A stretch of 64,000 nt of DNA from Candidatus Saccharimonadales bacterium (GTDB taxonomy: Bacteria; Patescibacteriota; Saccharimonadia; Saccharimonadales; DATKHC01): contig JBBQBA010000002.1 of the NCBI GenBank assembly GCA_038317055.1, positions 6,106 to 70,105 of the forward strand, read 5' to 3'. This document shows positions 28,880 to 38,648 of the stretch, one piece after another; position 1 is the first letter of the stretch, and every line of letters begins with the position of its first letter. The translations under genes were made by a program, and so were the position numbers. The notes under the pieces were generated by a model. It saw nothing but the letters and a program-made list of their open reading frames with translations, did no database searches and was not told where the DNA came from.

Positions 28880-31800
28880 GTGTCTAGCAAGTCTAGTCTA
28901 AATGCCAGTGATTATGTGCATTTGCACAATCATACTGAATACAGCCTCCTAGATGGTTTAACTAAAATTAACCCATTACTTGAATACGTTGCCGAACAGA
29001 AAATGGAAGCAATTGCTATAACCGATCACGGTACATTGTCTGGTGCAATTGAATTTTATAAATCTGCAAAAAATAATTCCATAAAACCTATTATTGGAAT
29101 TGAGACCTACGTAGCTGCACGTAAACATACCGATAAAGACGCAGTCAAGGACAAAAATAGATTTCATTTGATTCTCCTTGCTATGAATAATACGGGCTAT
29201 AAAAACCTAATGGAGCTCTCATCAATAGCTAATTTGGATGGTTTTTATTATTTTCCTAGAGTCGACCATGATCTTATAGAAAAATTCAATGAAGGCATTA
29301 TTTGTTTGAGTGGTTGTATGGGCGGCGAAGTTGGTGACGCCTTAAAACAAGGTCAAGTTAAACAAGCAACTGAAATTGCAAGTTGGTATAAGAAAATATT
29401 TGGTGATAGATATTATCTAGAAATACAAGACAGTGGACATCCTAAAAATCCTATGCACAGTAAAGATCAGGGCGATATCAACGACCAAGTGCTAAAAATA
29501 GCCAAAGAATTAGATATTCCTGTTGTTCTGACATGTGACGCACATTATTTAAAACACGAAGACCAAGAGGCCCATGAAATTTTATTGTGTGTCGGGACGG
29601 CATCATATTTGAGTCAAACTAATAGAATGTCCTTAAAGGACTATCCGCTACATGTTATACCGCCAAAAGAGATAATTGCACGATGGGGAGACACAAATCC
29701 TGAAGTAATTACGAATACAAAAAAAATTGCCGATAGATGTAGTGTAAATATAGAATTTGATAAGATTCTAATACCAAAATATGAGACCGCAAAAGGCGAA
29801 ACTGAAAGTACAGTACTACATAAACTCGTATTTCAAGGTTTGGCATGGCGCTATAGTAATGTAGCAAAAGAAAAAGCTTCAAAAATGTCAATAAAAGATG
29901 CTCGTTTAACTTTAACTGAAGAAGTGTTAACGAGAGTAGATTACGAATTAGAAACTATTGATAAAATGGGATTCAATGGATACTTTTTAATAGTTCAAGA
30001 TTTTATAAATTGGGGTAAAGACCAAGGTATTATTTTTGGACCAGGTCGTGGTTCCGCTGCAGGTTCTATAGTTTCTTATGCAACGAGAATTACTGAAATT
30101 GAACCTCTTAAATACAATTTAATGTTTGAGCGATTCTTAAATCCAGGACGAATAAGTATGCCTGATATTGATATTGATATTCAAGATTCTAGACGTGATG
30201 AAGTTATTAAATACTGTATAGAAAAATATGGAACTGAAAGAGTTGCAAACATTGTCACTTTTGGAAGAATGGCAGCAAGAAATGCAGTGAGAGATGTATC
30301 AAGAGTTCTAGAAGTACCTTATTCAGAAGCTGATAGATTAGCCAAGATGATCCCCCCTCCTATTCAGGGAAGACATATTCCGTTAAAAAAATCGATTGAA
30401 GATGACCCAGACTTAAAACATGAATATTCAACAAACGAAACTGCCAAGAAAGTTTTTGATCTAGCAATGCAACTTGAAGGTACAATACGTAGTCATGGTG
30501 TTCATGCTGCGGGTGTAGTTATTGCTCCTGCTGAAATAGTTAAATATTCGCCTCTAGAAATGGCACAAAAAGGAGTAGTTACTACACAGTTTTCGATGGG
30601 CCCCATTGAAGACCTTGGTTTGTTAAAAATGGATTTTCTTGGATTATCAAACCTCACAGTAATTAATAACGCCCTTAGAATAATTCGTAAAGTGGACAAT
30701 GAGGAAATAAGCCTGAACGACATTTCAAATGATGATACTAAAACTTTTGAACTTTTACAAAAAGCCGATACAACGGGCGTATTTCAGTTAGAGTCTGGTG
30801 GAATGAAAAGATATCTTAAAGAATTAAAACCAACTCTTTTTGACGACATTATCGCAATAGGAGCACTATATCGACCTGGTCCAATGTCGGAAATACCACG
30901 CTTTATTGAAGGTAAAAATCATCCATCCAAGGTTAAATTTTTACATAAATCATTAGAACCAATTCTTAAAGATACTTACGGGGTTATGGTTTATCAGGAA
31001 CAAATCATTAAAATACTACAACTTGTTGCTGGATACACACCCGGAGAGGCTGATTTAGTTAGAAAAGCAATTGGTAAAAAGAAACGTGACATTATGGAAG
31101 CAGAAGAACCTAAATTTATTGAGGGTTGTATTAAGCAAGGACTTTCCAGTGTTGATGCTAAAAAACTTTGGGATCAAATACAACCATTTGCTGATTATTC
31201 ATTTAATAAGGCACATGCAACTTGTTACGCTCAAATATCTTATTGGACAGCTTATTTAAAAGCCCATCATCCTTCAGCGTTTATGGCTGCACTAATGACT
31301 AGTGATTTTGATAATACAGATAGGTTATCGATCGAGATATCTGAATGTCAGCACATGGGACTCAACGTACTATTACCGGATATAAATGAATCATTTTATG
31401 AATTTGCAGTTGTACCAGATAGTAAACAGATTAGGTTTGGGTTAATTGCTATTAAAAATGTTGGCTCAAGTGCGGTCGATGACATCCTAAAAGCCAGAGA
31501 AGATGGAAATTTTAAGAATTTAGAAGATTTCTTTGGTAGAGTTAACCCACGGGTAGTAAATAGAAAAACATTAGAAAGTTTAATTAAGTCTGGTGCCTTT
31601 GATAGATTTGGAGAAAGAAATTATTTATTTAATAATTTAGAAATTTTACTAGCTTATTCAAGTAAACTTAATAAAGATAGAAACAGTGGTCAAACAGATT
31701 TATTCGCTGATTTAGAGGGTGTAACGACATTACCTAATGTTGAACTTAAGCTAAATGAAACTAGTATTGTTGCTACTCAACAAGAAAAATTATTTTGGGA

Positions 31801-32491
31801 AAGAGAATTACTAGGAATTTACTTGAGTGAACATCCATTGGATGCATATAAAGAAATTCTTGCAGAAAAAACTGTACCAATTAATAAGATTGAACCAGAG
31901 CATCATAATAAATCCGCAACAGTCGGTGGAGCTATTAGTGCAATTAGATCAATTACTACAAAAAATGGTCAGAAAATGGCATTCGTAAAAATAGAAGACC
32001 AATATGGCGAGATCGAGTTAGTATTTTTCCCGTCAGTTTATCAATCATATGCTGATAAATTGGTTAGGGATAAGGTATATATTGCCACTGGTAAATTATC
32101 TACCAAAGACAGAAGCGGTAATCTTACATCTGAGCCTAAAATACTTGTAGATAGTATGCTTGAAATAGATTCGGAAGAAGTTGCAAATTTTAAACCTAAA
32201 AAAATTAGAAAACCTAAAATTAAATCCGTATTGCCAACTACATCGGATGCTAGGGATGAGATAACAGAAAAAAGACTATTTATTCGACTAGCAGATAGTC
32301 AAAATCAGGAGCTACTGAAAACACTTAAACAAACTATTGATGATAATGATGGACCAACGGATGTATTATTAGTACTAGGAACTGCCAAAGATAAACAAGT
32401 AATAAAATTACCTATGAAAATTAATTACGACGAAGATAGTAAATCTAAACTGACAGAGTTAGTTGGAGCAGAGAATATCAAACTTCACTAA
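28880..32491 (+). CDS. dnaE: DNA polymerase III alpha subunit
   Basis: PHP domain (VHLHNHTEYSLLDG), GPGRGSAAGS, PDIDIDI and the OB fold. I prefer the GTG at 28880 because the listed GTG 28868 overlaps the AGGAGG Shine-Dalgarno (28863-28868). Confidence 0.95.
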   Translation: MSSKSSLNASDYVHLHNHTEYSLLDGLTKINPLLEYVAEQKMEAIAITDHGTLSGAIEFYKSAKNNSIKPIIGIETYVAARKHTDKDAVKDKNRFHLILLAMNNTGYKNLMELSSIANLDGFYYFPRVDHDLIEKFNEGIICLSGCMGGEVGDALKQGQVKQATEIASWYKKIFGDRYYLEIQDSGHPKNPMHSKDQGDINDQVLKIAKELDIPVVLTCDAHYLKHEDQEAHEILLCVGTASYLSQTNRMSLKDYPLHVIPPKEIIARWGDTNPEVITNTKKIADRCSVNIEFDKILIPKYETAKGETESTVLHKLVFQGLAWRYSNVAKEKASKMSIKDARLTLTEEVLTRVDYELETIDKMGFNGYFLIVQDFINWGKDQGIIFGPGRGSAAGSIVSYATRITEIEPLKYNLMFERFLNPGRISMPDIDIDIQDSRRDEVIKYCIEKYGTERVANIVTFGRMAARNAVRDVSRVLEVPYSEADRLAKMIPPPIQGRHIPLKKSIEDDPDLKHEYSTNETAKKVFDLAMQLEGTIRSHGVHAAGVVIAPAEIVKYSPLEMAQKGVVTTQFSMGPIEDLGLLKMDFLGLSNLTVINNALRIIRKVDNEEISLNDISNDDTKTFELLQKADTTGVFQLESGGMKRYLKELKPTLFDDIIAIGALYRPGPMSEIPRFIEGKNHPSKVKFLHKSLEPILKDTYGVMVYQEQIIKILQLVAGYTPGEADLVRKAIGKKKRDIMEAEEPKFIEGCIKQGLSSVDAKKLWDQIQPFADYSFNKAHATCYAQISYWTAYLKAHHPSAFMAALMTSDFDNTDRLSIEISECQHMGLNVLLPDINESFYEFAVVPDSKQIRFGLIAIKNVGSSAVDDILKAREDGNFKNLEDFFGRVNPRVVNRKTLESLIKSGAFDRFGERNYLFNNLEILLAYSSKLNKDRNSGQTDLFADLEGVTTLPNVELKLNETSIVATQQEKLFWERELLGIYLSEHPLDAYKEILAEKTVPINKIEPEHHNKSATVGGAISAIRSITTKNGQKMAFVKIEDQYGEIELVFFPSVYQSYADKLVRDKVYIATGKLSTKDRSGNLTSEPKILVDSMLEIDSEEVANFKPKKIRKPKIKSVLPTTSDARDEITEKRLFIRLADSQNQELLKTLKQTIDDNDGPTDVLLVLGTAKDKQVIKLPMKINYDEDSKSKLTELVGAENIKLH

Positions 32492-33393
32492 CGTATGAAG
32501 CCAATAGTTTGACCTAGACTAGCTACTCCGATAAGTATTGAAACTAGTGCAATATCTAGAAACGGATGCTTAACAATTAGATCTTCACTTTCGAGCGCCC
32601 ATTTTCTAATTATTAATCCATGTCTAAGTATTAGGAAACATCCTACAATACCAATTGCTAGACCAGCAATAAAAACAGTAATTTTATTATTGCTGTTTGT
32701 TATAGACTCTGCTCGTACCACCGTTTGATTACTTGGTTCAGACAATGACGCGCTAGTAAATGATTGAGGAGATTTTTGAGTCGGGATTATAGCGCCTGCT
32801 TCCTGAGTTGCACCATATAGAGCCACTACTATAGTTTGAGGTCCTTGACCCTGGAAATCAGGGGTCTTGGCAATTCCGAAGCCAACATTGTTAAAACTTT
32901 TGTTTATCATATTAGCTTTATGTCCAGCGCTGCTCACCCAAGCTCCAAATAATTGTGATGAAGATGAAAATCCATATGCAAGATTTTCACCAGCAGTCTG
33001 AAATTGGAAACCTGTAGTTTTAATAATCTGCCATGGTGTTTGGCCATTTGGACTTATAGGAGACCAATAATTTCTCACCGCCATGTCATTTGCTTTTTCC
33101 TGTGCGGCTGTTGTTAGTTGTGGATTTATCTGTAGGGGTGACAGACCTGCCGATTTACGTAGTTCATTTGTCTTATTAAAAATTGCTGGACTGGAAATAC
33201 TAGCTGAAGTAACAGGCGTCACTGGTTTATTAAGAAGTATAGATATACTAAAGGCAACTCCGATAATAACAATCACCAAAACTGGTAAATAAGGCCAATA
33301 GACCTTTAGATACTTGCCACTATGTTTGTGGTGCAGTCCATGCTGTTTTTTATATCTAGTTTGTAATTGTCCGGGTCTTTTTTTCTTTGCCAT
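32488..33393 (-). CDS. Membrane-anchored CAP/SCP (PR-1-like) domain protein
   Basis: An N-terminal TM, a CAP core (NELRKSAGLSPL, GENLAYG, HKANMIN..FNNVGFG), an S/T linker and two C-terminal TM helices. There is a 4-nt convergent overlap with dnaE. Confidence 0.75.
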   Translation of the reverse strand: MAKKKRPGQLQTRYKKQHGLHHKHSGKYLKVYWPYLPVLVIVIIGVAFSISILLNKPVTPVTSASISSPAIFNKTNELRKSAGLSPLQINPQLTTAAQEKANDMAVRNYWSPISPNGQTPWQIIKTTGFQFQTAGENLAYGFSSSSQLFGAWVSSAGHKANMINKSFNNVGFGIAKTPDFQGQGPQTIVVALYGATQEAGAIIPTQKSPQSFTSASLSEPSNQTVVRAESITNSNNKITVFIAGLAIGIVGCFLILRHGLIIRKWALESEDLIVKHPFLDIALVSILIGVASLGQTIGFIR

Positions 33394-33455
33394 TTTTTTA
33401 TTCGTTTACTCTATAAAGATTATACTATGAAATAATTTATAAATAAACTTAAGTG

Positions 33456-33959
33456 TTAATAGTCAAAGTATCGAAAAGCGTATATTGTCATTGCTGCTGC
33501 CTGAACTACGTTAAAAGATTCTTTTTTACCTAACATTGGAATTGAAACAATAGAATCTACCTCATTAAGTATTTCTTCCTCTATTCCTTCAACTTCTCTG
33601 CCAACTATAAGTGCAATTTTATTTGTTATTTTAAACTTATTTATATCTATTGCATTCTCAGCTTGCTCTAATGCAACTATTTGATACTTTTTGCGCTTCA
33701 ATAAATTTAATACTTCATTAATTGACTCTTCATGTACCCATTCAATATATTTTTCTGCTCCGAGGGAAGTTTTTTTGATTTTTCTATCTACTCTATCTCG
33801 TATATATGGAAGTCTTTTGTCTAATTTATACTTTGGGTAAGGAGTATAACCGGATAAATAAACGGTTTTTACTCCTAAACCATCAGCGGTCCTAAGTAAG
33901 GAACCAACATTGTTGCAACTTCTAAGGTTGTGAGCAATTAAAACTATTTCATTAGTCAT
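33456..33959 (-). CDS. SpoU/TrmH-family RNA 2'-O-methyltransferase
   Basis: HNLRSCNNVGSLLRTADG, ALIVGREVEGI, IPMLGKKESFNVVQAAAM. Confidence 0.8.
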   Translation of the reverse strand: MTNEIVLIAHNLRSCNNVGSLLRTADGLGVKTVYLSGYTPYPKYKLDKRLPYIRDRVDRKIKKTSLGAEKYIEWVHEESINEVLNLLKRKKYQIVALEQAENAIDINKFKITNKIALIVGREVEGIEEEILNEVDSIVSIPMLGKKESFNVVQAAAMTIYAFRYFDY

Positions 33960-34025
33960 CTTGAATATATGATAACAGCCTTACTTCTCCTTTAGAGAAA
34001 GCACTGCTTATGGTTTAATAGATGC

Positions 34026-35627
34026 ATGACCGAGAATCTTAGACAGGACGATGAAGCTAATACTCTACGACGAGCAAGAATATTAGGACTACAGTATGTC
34101 GATACCTCCAAAATTGAAAACAAGCAAATCAACAGAGATCTATTATCTGTCGGTGATCTTTATCAGTTACGTGTCACTCCGATAACCTTTGATGCGCACA
34201 ATATACTGTTTGGTATTACTAATACAACTTCATCGAATACACTCTCACATATAAAACAAAATTTTCCAGACTATAACGTGACTTTCGCGCTAATTTCTGA
34301 TCCTGGATATAAAGATTACATGCGTCTATACGATCCACCTAAAGAAGTTGTGTACCATGACATAACCATAAATAAGACAAACGTTGCCGAACAGGTAAGT
34401 TCTATATCTAGTATTTTAGAGCAGGTGAAGGCTGATGACATTTTAGCTTATCTCGTTGAGCAAGCTCATAAGTTAAATGCTTCAGATATACATGTCGAAA
34501 CTGAACAGGGTTCAGCCAGAGTTAGACTTCGAATAGATGGGGTACTTCACCCGGTAGCACAACTAAACATGGATAAGTACAGAACCCTAATTGGTGCTAT
34601 AGCAAATGCTGGAAATATTTCTACTTCATCTGATGAAGCCCAACAAGGACATATTACACAGATAGTAAAAATGGCAAATGGTTCTGAAGTAAATATAAAT
34701 ATAAGACTTGAGAGCACTCCGACGATTAACGGAATGGACGTAGTAATGCGTTTATTTAATATGGACGCGAAAATGTTTACATTAGATCGACTTGGACTTT
34801 CAGCAACCGAGCGAGCAGTGGTCGATGACATTATTAAAAAGCCTAGCGGTCTAGTTTTAGTAGTCGGTCCAACTGGTTCTGGTAAGACCACTACACTCTA
34901 TTCAATCCTAAATACCCTATCTAGTCCTGAAAGAAAAATTATAACCATAGAAGACCCAGTTGAATTTCAATTTCCGGGAGTTACCCAAATATCCGTAAAA
35001 TCTTCTAATAGTGTAGAAACCAACTTTGCTGAAAAATTACGAGCAGTACTAAGATTAGACCCTGACATAGTTATGGTGGGTGAGATTAGAGATAATGATA
35101 CAGCTAAGACCGCATTACAGGCAGCTCTAACGGGTCATTTAGTTTTATCTACTTTCCATGCCTCATCAGCTTCAGCGGCTCTCACAAGGTTACTTGATAT
35201 TATTGGTGAGAATCCACTTTTTATTTCTTCAATACGTTTGGTTATGGCTCAAAGATTAATCAGGAGGTTGGATGATAGTCTTAAGGTTGCATATATCCCA
35301 AACGAAAAAGAGTTGAGTTTAATTAGGGAAGTAGTAGATAGTTTGCCGTCAACTGTTCCAAAACCTAGTCTTGAAAATATACAAATATATAAGCAAGGAG
35401 CATCGACTGAAAATCCATATGGTTTTAAAGGGCAATTGGCAATTAGGGAACAATTTTTAATGTCAGGCGAAATATTAAAATTACTCCAAACAACAAAAGT
35501 ATCAACTACCCAACAAATCGAACAAGCCGCCGTTAACAGTGGAATGTTAACGATGCTGCAAGACGGAATTTTAAAAGTTCTTGCGGGTGACACTACTCTT
35601 GAAGAAATATTTAGAGTAGTAGGTTAA
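34026..35627 (+). CDS. GspE/PilB-type secretion/pilus assembly ATPase (Cys-less variant)
   Basis: An N-terminal T2SSE_N-like region, Walker A GPTGSGKTTT, Walker B DPDIVMVGEIRD, and His box GHLVLSTFHA. Confidence 0.85.
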   Translation: MTENLRQDDEANTLRRARILGLQYVDTSKIENKQINRDLLSVGDLYQLRVTPITFDAHNILFGITNTTSSNTLSHIKQNFPDYNVTFALISDPGYKDYMRLYDPPKEVVYHDITINKTNVAEQVSSISSILEQVKADDILAYLVEQAHKLNASDIHVETEQGSARVRLRIDGVLHPVAQLNMDKYRTLIGAIANAGNISTSSDEAQQGHITQIVKMANGSEVNINIRLESTPTINGMDVVMRLFNMDAKMFTLDRLGLSATERAVVDDIIKKPSGLVLVVGPTGSGKTTTLYSILNTLSSPERKIITIEDPVEFQFPGVTQISVKSSNSVETNFAEKLRAVLRLDPDIVMVGEIRDNDTAKTALQAALTGHLVLSTFHASSASAALTRLLDIIGENPLFISSIRLVMAQRLIRRLDDSLKVAYIPNEKELSLIREVVDSLPSTVPKPSLENIQIYKQGASTENPYGFKGQLAIREQFLMSGEILKLLQTTKVSTTQQIEQAAVNSGMLTMLQDGILKVLAGDTTLEEIFRVVG

Positions 35628-35628
35628 A

Positions 35629-36762
35629 CTACCTTATTACGTTCGCAATTGCAGGAACAATACCTTTATCAAAAACTGATGGAATTATCTTATCTGCGCT
35701 TGGATTTTTAACAAGTGCAGCTAGTGCTTCAGCGGCTGCTATCTTATGGCTGTCAGTTATATGTTCTACTTGATTGTCAAGAGCACCTCTGAATATACCT
35801 GGAAAAGCTAATACATTATTTACCTGATTAGGAAAATCGCTCCTACCAGTTGCTATTACTAAAGCACCAGCTTTTTTTGCAACATCAGGCATAATTTCAG
35901 GGTTAGGATTAGCAAGTGCAAAAATAATTGGATCTTTAGCCATTGAAGCTATATTTGCTGAATTTAACATGTTTGCCTTTGATACTCCAATAATTATATC
36001 GGCACCTATTATTGCATCACTTAATTTAGTCCCTGAATTATTAATAGTGTTTAATGTTGAAAGAAATTTCTTATGTTTATTTAGATCAGTTCTCGATTTA
36101 TTAATTACACCCTTACTATCTACGGCAATAATTTCTGGTTTTGCATATTTATAAAGTAGTTTTGCGACAGCCACACCGGCTGCACCTGCTCCAATTAAAA
36201 CTATTCGACAATCACTCAATTTTTTATTAGTTACTTTCATGGCATTTATTAAGCCTGCTAGTACGACCACAGCCGTACCATGCTGATCATCATGCATTAC
36301 CGGAATTTTGAGGGCTTTTTTAAGTCTATCTTCAACTTCAAAACAAATTGGTGCAGCAATATCTTCTAAATTAATTGCGCCAAAACTAGGAGAAATTGCC
36401 AAAATCGTATCAACTATTTCGTCTGCAGTATGTACATTAAGAATAATTGGAACTGCATCTATATCCGCAAAATTCTTAAACAACATACATTTACCTTCCA
36501 TTACAGGAAGAGAACCAAGTGGACCAATATCACCTAGACCAAGAACTGCTGAACCGTCACTTATAACTGCTACATTGTTATTGAGCCATGTGTAATCTCT
36601 AGCCCTGTCTTCATGTTTAGAAACATAATCTGATACTGCTCCAACGCCAGGTGTGTAATAAATACTTAGCTTATCTTGTGAATCAAGTTTATCTTTAAGC
36701 TTTATCGATATTTTGCCTTTTATTTGTTTATGTAACTGTATTGATTGTTTATTTATATCCAT
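35629..36762 (-). CDS. NAD(P)-dependent malic enzyme (short form)
   Basis: YTPGVG, VISDGSAVLGLGDIGP, MHDDQHGTA, GAGAAGVA, ANPNPEI. Confidence 0.9.
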   Translation of the reverse strand: MDINKQSIQLHKQIKGKISIKLKDKLDSQDKLSIYYTPGVGAVSDYVSKHEDRARDYTWLNNNVAVISDGSAVLGLGDIGPLGSLPVMEGKCMLFKNFADIDAVPIILNVHTADEIVDTILAISPSFGAINLEDIAAPICFEVEDRLKKALKIPVMHDDQHGTAVVVLAGLINAMKVTNKKLSDCRIVLIGAGAAGVAVAKLLYKYAKPEIIAVDSKGVINKSRTDLNKHKKFLSTLNTINNSGTKLSDAIIGADIIIGVSKANMLNSANIASMAKDPIIFALANPNPEIMPDVAKKAGALVIATGRSDFPNQVNNVLAFPGIFRGALDNQVEHITDSHKIAAAEALAALVKNPSADKIIPSVFDKGIVPAIANVIR

Positions 36763-36815
36763 AAAACTATTGTACTTTATTTAATTCTTAATTAACGTTT
36801 CAACCAACCCTACTA

Positions 36816-37319
36816 TTATTGATTAGGTGGTGGTAGATCATTAATATCAATGCTGTCATCAAGTTTCCAAAGCTCAGCTTCTGTCCTTCTTGCCCGTCTA
36901 GTCACATCAATAGTAATATTTTTTCTGATTTCAAAGACATCTAATTGGTCAATTCTTTCAAAGCTAGCTTTACTAAAAGTCATATTAGTGAATCCACAGT
37001 CCCTAATTAAACCAAGTACTGAAACTGCAGCTTGCTCAATAGCATATCCATCCGTTAATACAGATGCTTTTCCTATCCATTCAACACCTAATATACCAAC
37101 TTCTGCATATGTATCTTGTCTAGTTGTCTTTATTGGTTGTGCAGCTATTAAGTTAGGTGGAGGATCTTCTATAAGTTTTTGCTGCCAAATGGCTGTAAGT
37201 GCTTTGCCTCGTTTTTTCTGATTATCAATAATTCGAAATCTTGGGTCATCAAATTCAAAAATAACAGAGCATGCTATTAGGGGTTCTGTTTCATTATTTT
37301 TTGGCAATTTTTCACTCAT
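36816..37319 (-). CDS. Hypothetical protein
   Basis: An ORF with no recognisable motif. The start is uncertain (ATG 37319 or TTG 37367). Confidence 0.45.
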   Translation of the reverse strand: MSEKLPKNNETEPLIACSVIFEFDDPRFRIIDNQKKRGKALTAIWQQKLIEDPPPNLIAAQPIKTTRQDTYAEVGILGVEWIGKASVLTDGYAIEQAAVSVLGLIRDCGFTNMTFSKASFERIDQLDVFEIRKNITIDVTRRARRTEAELWKLDDSIDINDLPPPNQ

Positions 37320-37518
37320 CAATTTAAAGATATCATAGCCTGCAATACTAAGAAACCACAAGTACAATGAACATTAATACGACCTTATAATTAGCAATAA
37401 AAGTAGCACTTATTTATTAAATATAATATGAGGATAAATGTTGTTATTTGATATTCCAAAACTAGGTAAGTTATGTTATACTTTACGAAATTAGTTAATT
37501 ATTGGGCAGGTTATTTAA

Positions 37519-38043
37519 GTGTCTCACACTACAGTTGATCAAATTAATAAGAAATACATGAAACCGCAAGTTGTTGATGTTCATAGTGGTGATACTGTTA
37601 GAGTTCATCAAAAAATTCGTGAAGGTAATAAAGAAAGAACTCAGGTTTTTCAGGGATTAGTCATTCGAGTTGATCGTGGCAGTAGCCATACTCATAGAAT
37701 TACTGTTCGAAGAATATCAAGTGGTGTTGGTGTTGAAAAGAGCTTTTTACTACATAGCCCACTAGTTCTTAAGGTTGAAGTAACCAAAAGAAGTAAAGTT
37801 AGAAGAAACTATCTTTCATACATGCGCGCACTGACCGGAAAAGCTACAAGACTTTCAGGAGTGGACTTTGACAGTCAGACCGTTAACACGATTCCTGAAA
37901 TAAAGCCCGAAGTAGAAACTGAAGTAGAAGATATAAGTAGTGAAGCTATAAATACAGAAGAGCCAAAAGAATCAAAAGAAACAGAAACGAAAACAGAATC
38001 TAAAAATGATAGAGATTCACCGGAAACAGAACCTAAACAATAG
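37519..38043 (+). CDS. rplS: 50S ribosomal protein L19 with an acidic C-terminal extension
   Basis: GDTVRVH.KI.EG.KER.Q.F.G.VI, RRIS.GVGVE..F..HSP. About 62 extra Glu/Thr/Lys-rich residues follow about aa 112. Confidence 0.9.
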   Translation: MSHTTVDQINKKYMKPQVVDVHSGDTVRVHQKIREGNKERTQVFQGLVIRVDRGSSHTHRITVRRISSGVGVEKSFLLHSPLVLKVEVTKRSKVRRNYLSYMRALTGKATRLSGVDFDSQTVNTIPEIKPEVETEVEDISSEAINTEEPKESKETETKTESKNDRDSPETEPKQ

Positions 38044-38078
38044 TACTACAAGCAATTTTCAACTATCATTAGCTCAAT

Positions 38079-38648
38079 ATGGCTAATGATTTTTTAATTG
38101 TTGGATTAGATGAAGTGGGCAGGGGTTGTTTGGCGGGGCCAGTTGTTGCTGGAGCTGTAATATTAGGCAAACCAATTGTTGGTCTTATGGATTCGAAAAA
38201 ACTGAATAAAGTGAAAAGACAAAAATTGGACATAATTATAAGACGTGATGCAATAGCATTTGGAATAGGTATAACTAGTATTGAAGACGTAAATATGCAT
38301 GGCTTAACTTGGTCTATTTCTCATGCTATGAAAAATGCTCTCAATTCAATTAATATTAAATTTGATAAAATAATTATTGACGGTAATTATAATTTTCTAC
38401 CAAAAGAAAGTAATGTTGAATTGATTATAAAAGCAGATAATACAATACCAGCCGTAAGTGCAGCAAGTATTATCGCAAAAACCCACAGAGATAACTTGAT
38501 GATTAATTTGTCAAAAGAGTTTCCGGAATATGGCTTTGAAAAACATGTCGGATATGGAACGAAACTTCATTTCGAAATGATCAATAAATATGGTCCCTGT
38601 ATTCAACACAGAATGTTTTATAAACCATTAGCTAGATATGTAGTTTAG
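38079..38648 (+). CDS. rnhB: Ribonuclease HII
   Basis: GLDEVGRGCLAGPVVAGAV, DSKKL, ASIIAK. Confidence 0.9.
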   Translation: MANDFLIVGLDEVGRGCLAGPVVAGAVILGKPIVGLMDSKKLNKVKRQKLDIIIRRDAIAFGIGITSIEDVNMHGLTWSISHAMKNALNSINIKFDKIIIDGNYNFLPKESNVELIIKADNTIPAVSAASIIAKTHRDNLMINLSKEFPEYGFEKHVGYGTKLHFEMINKYGPCIQHRMFYKPLARYVV

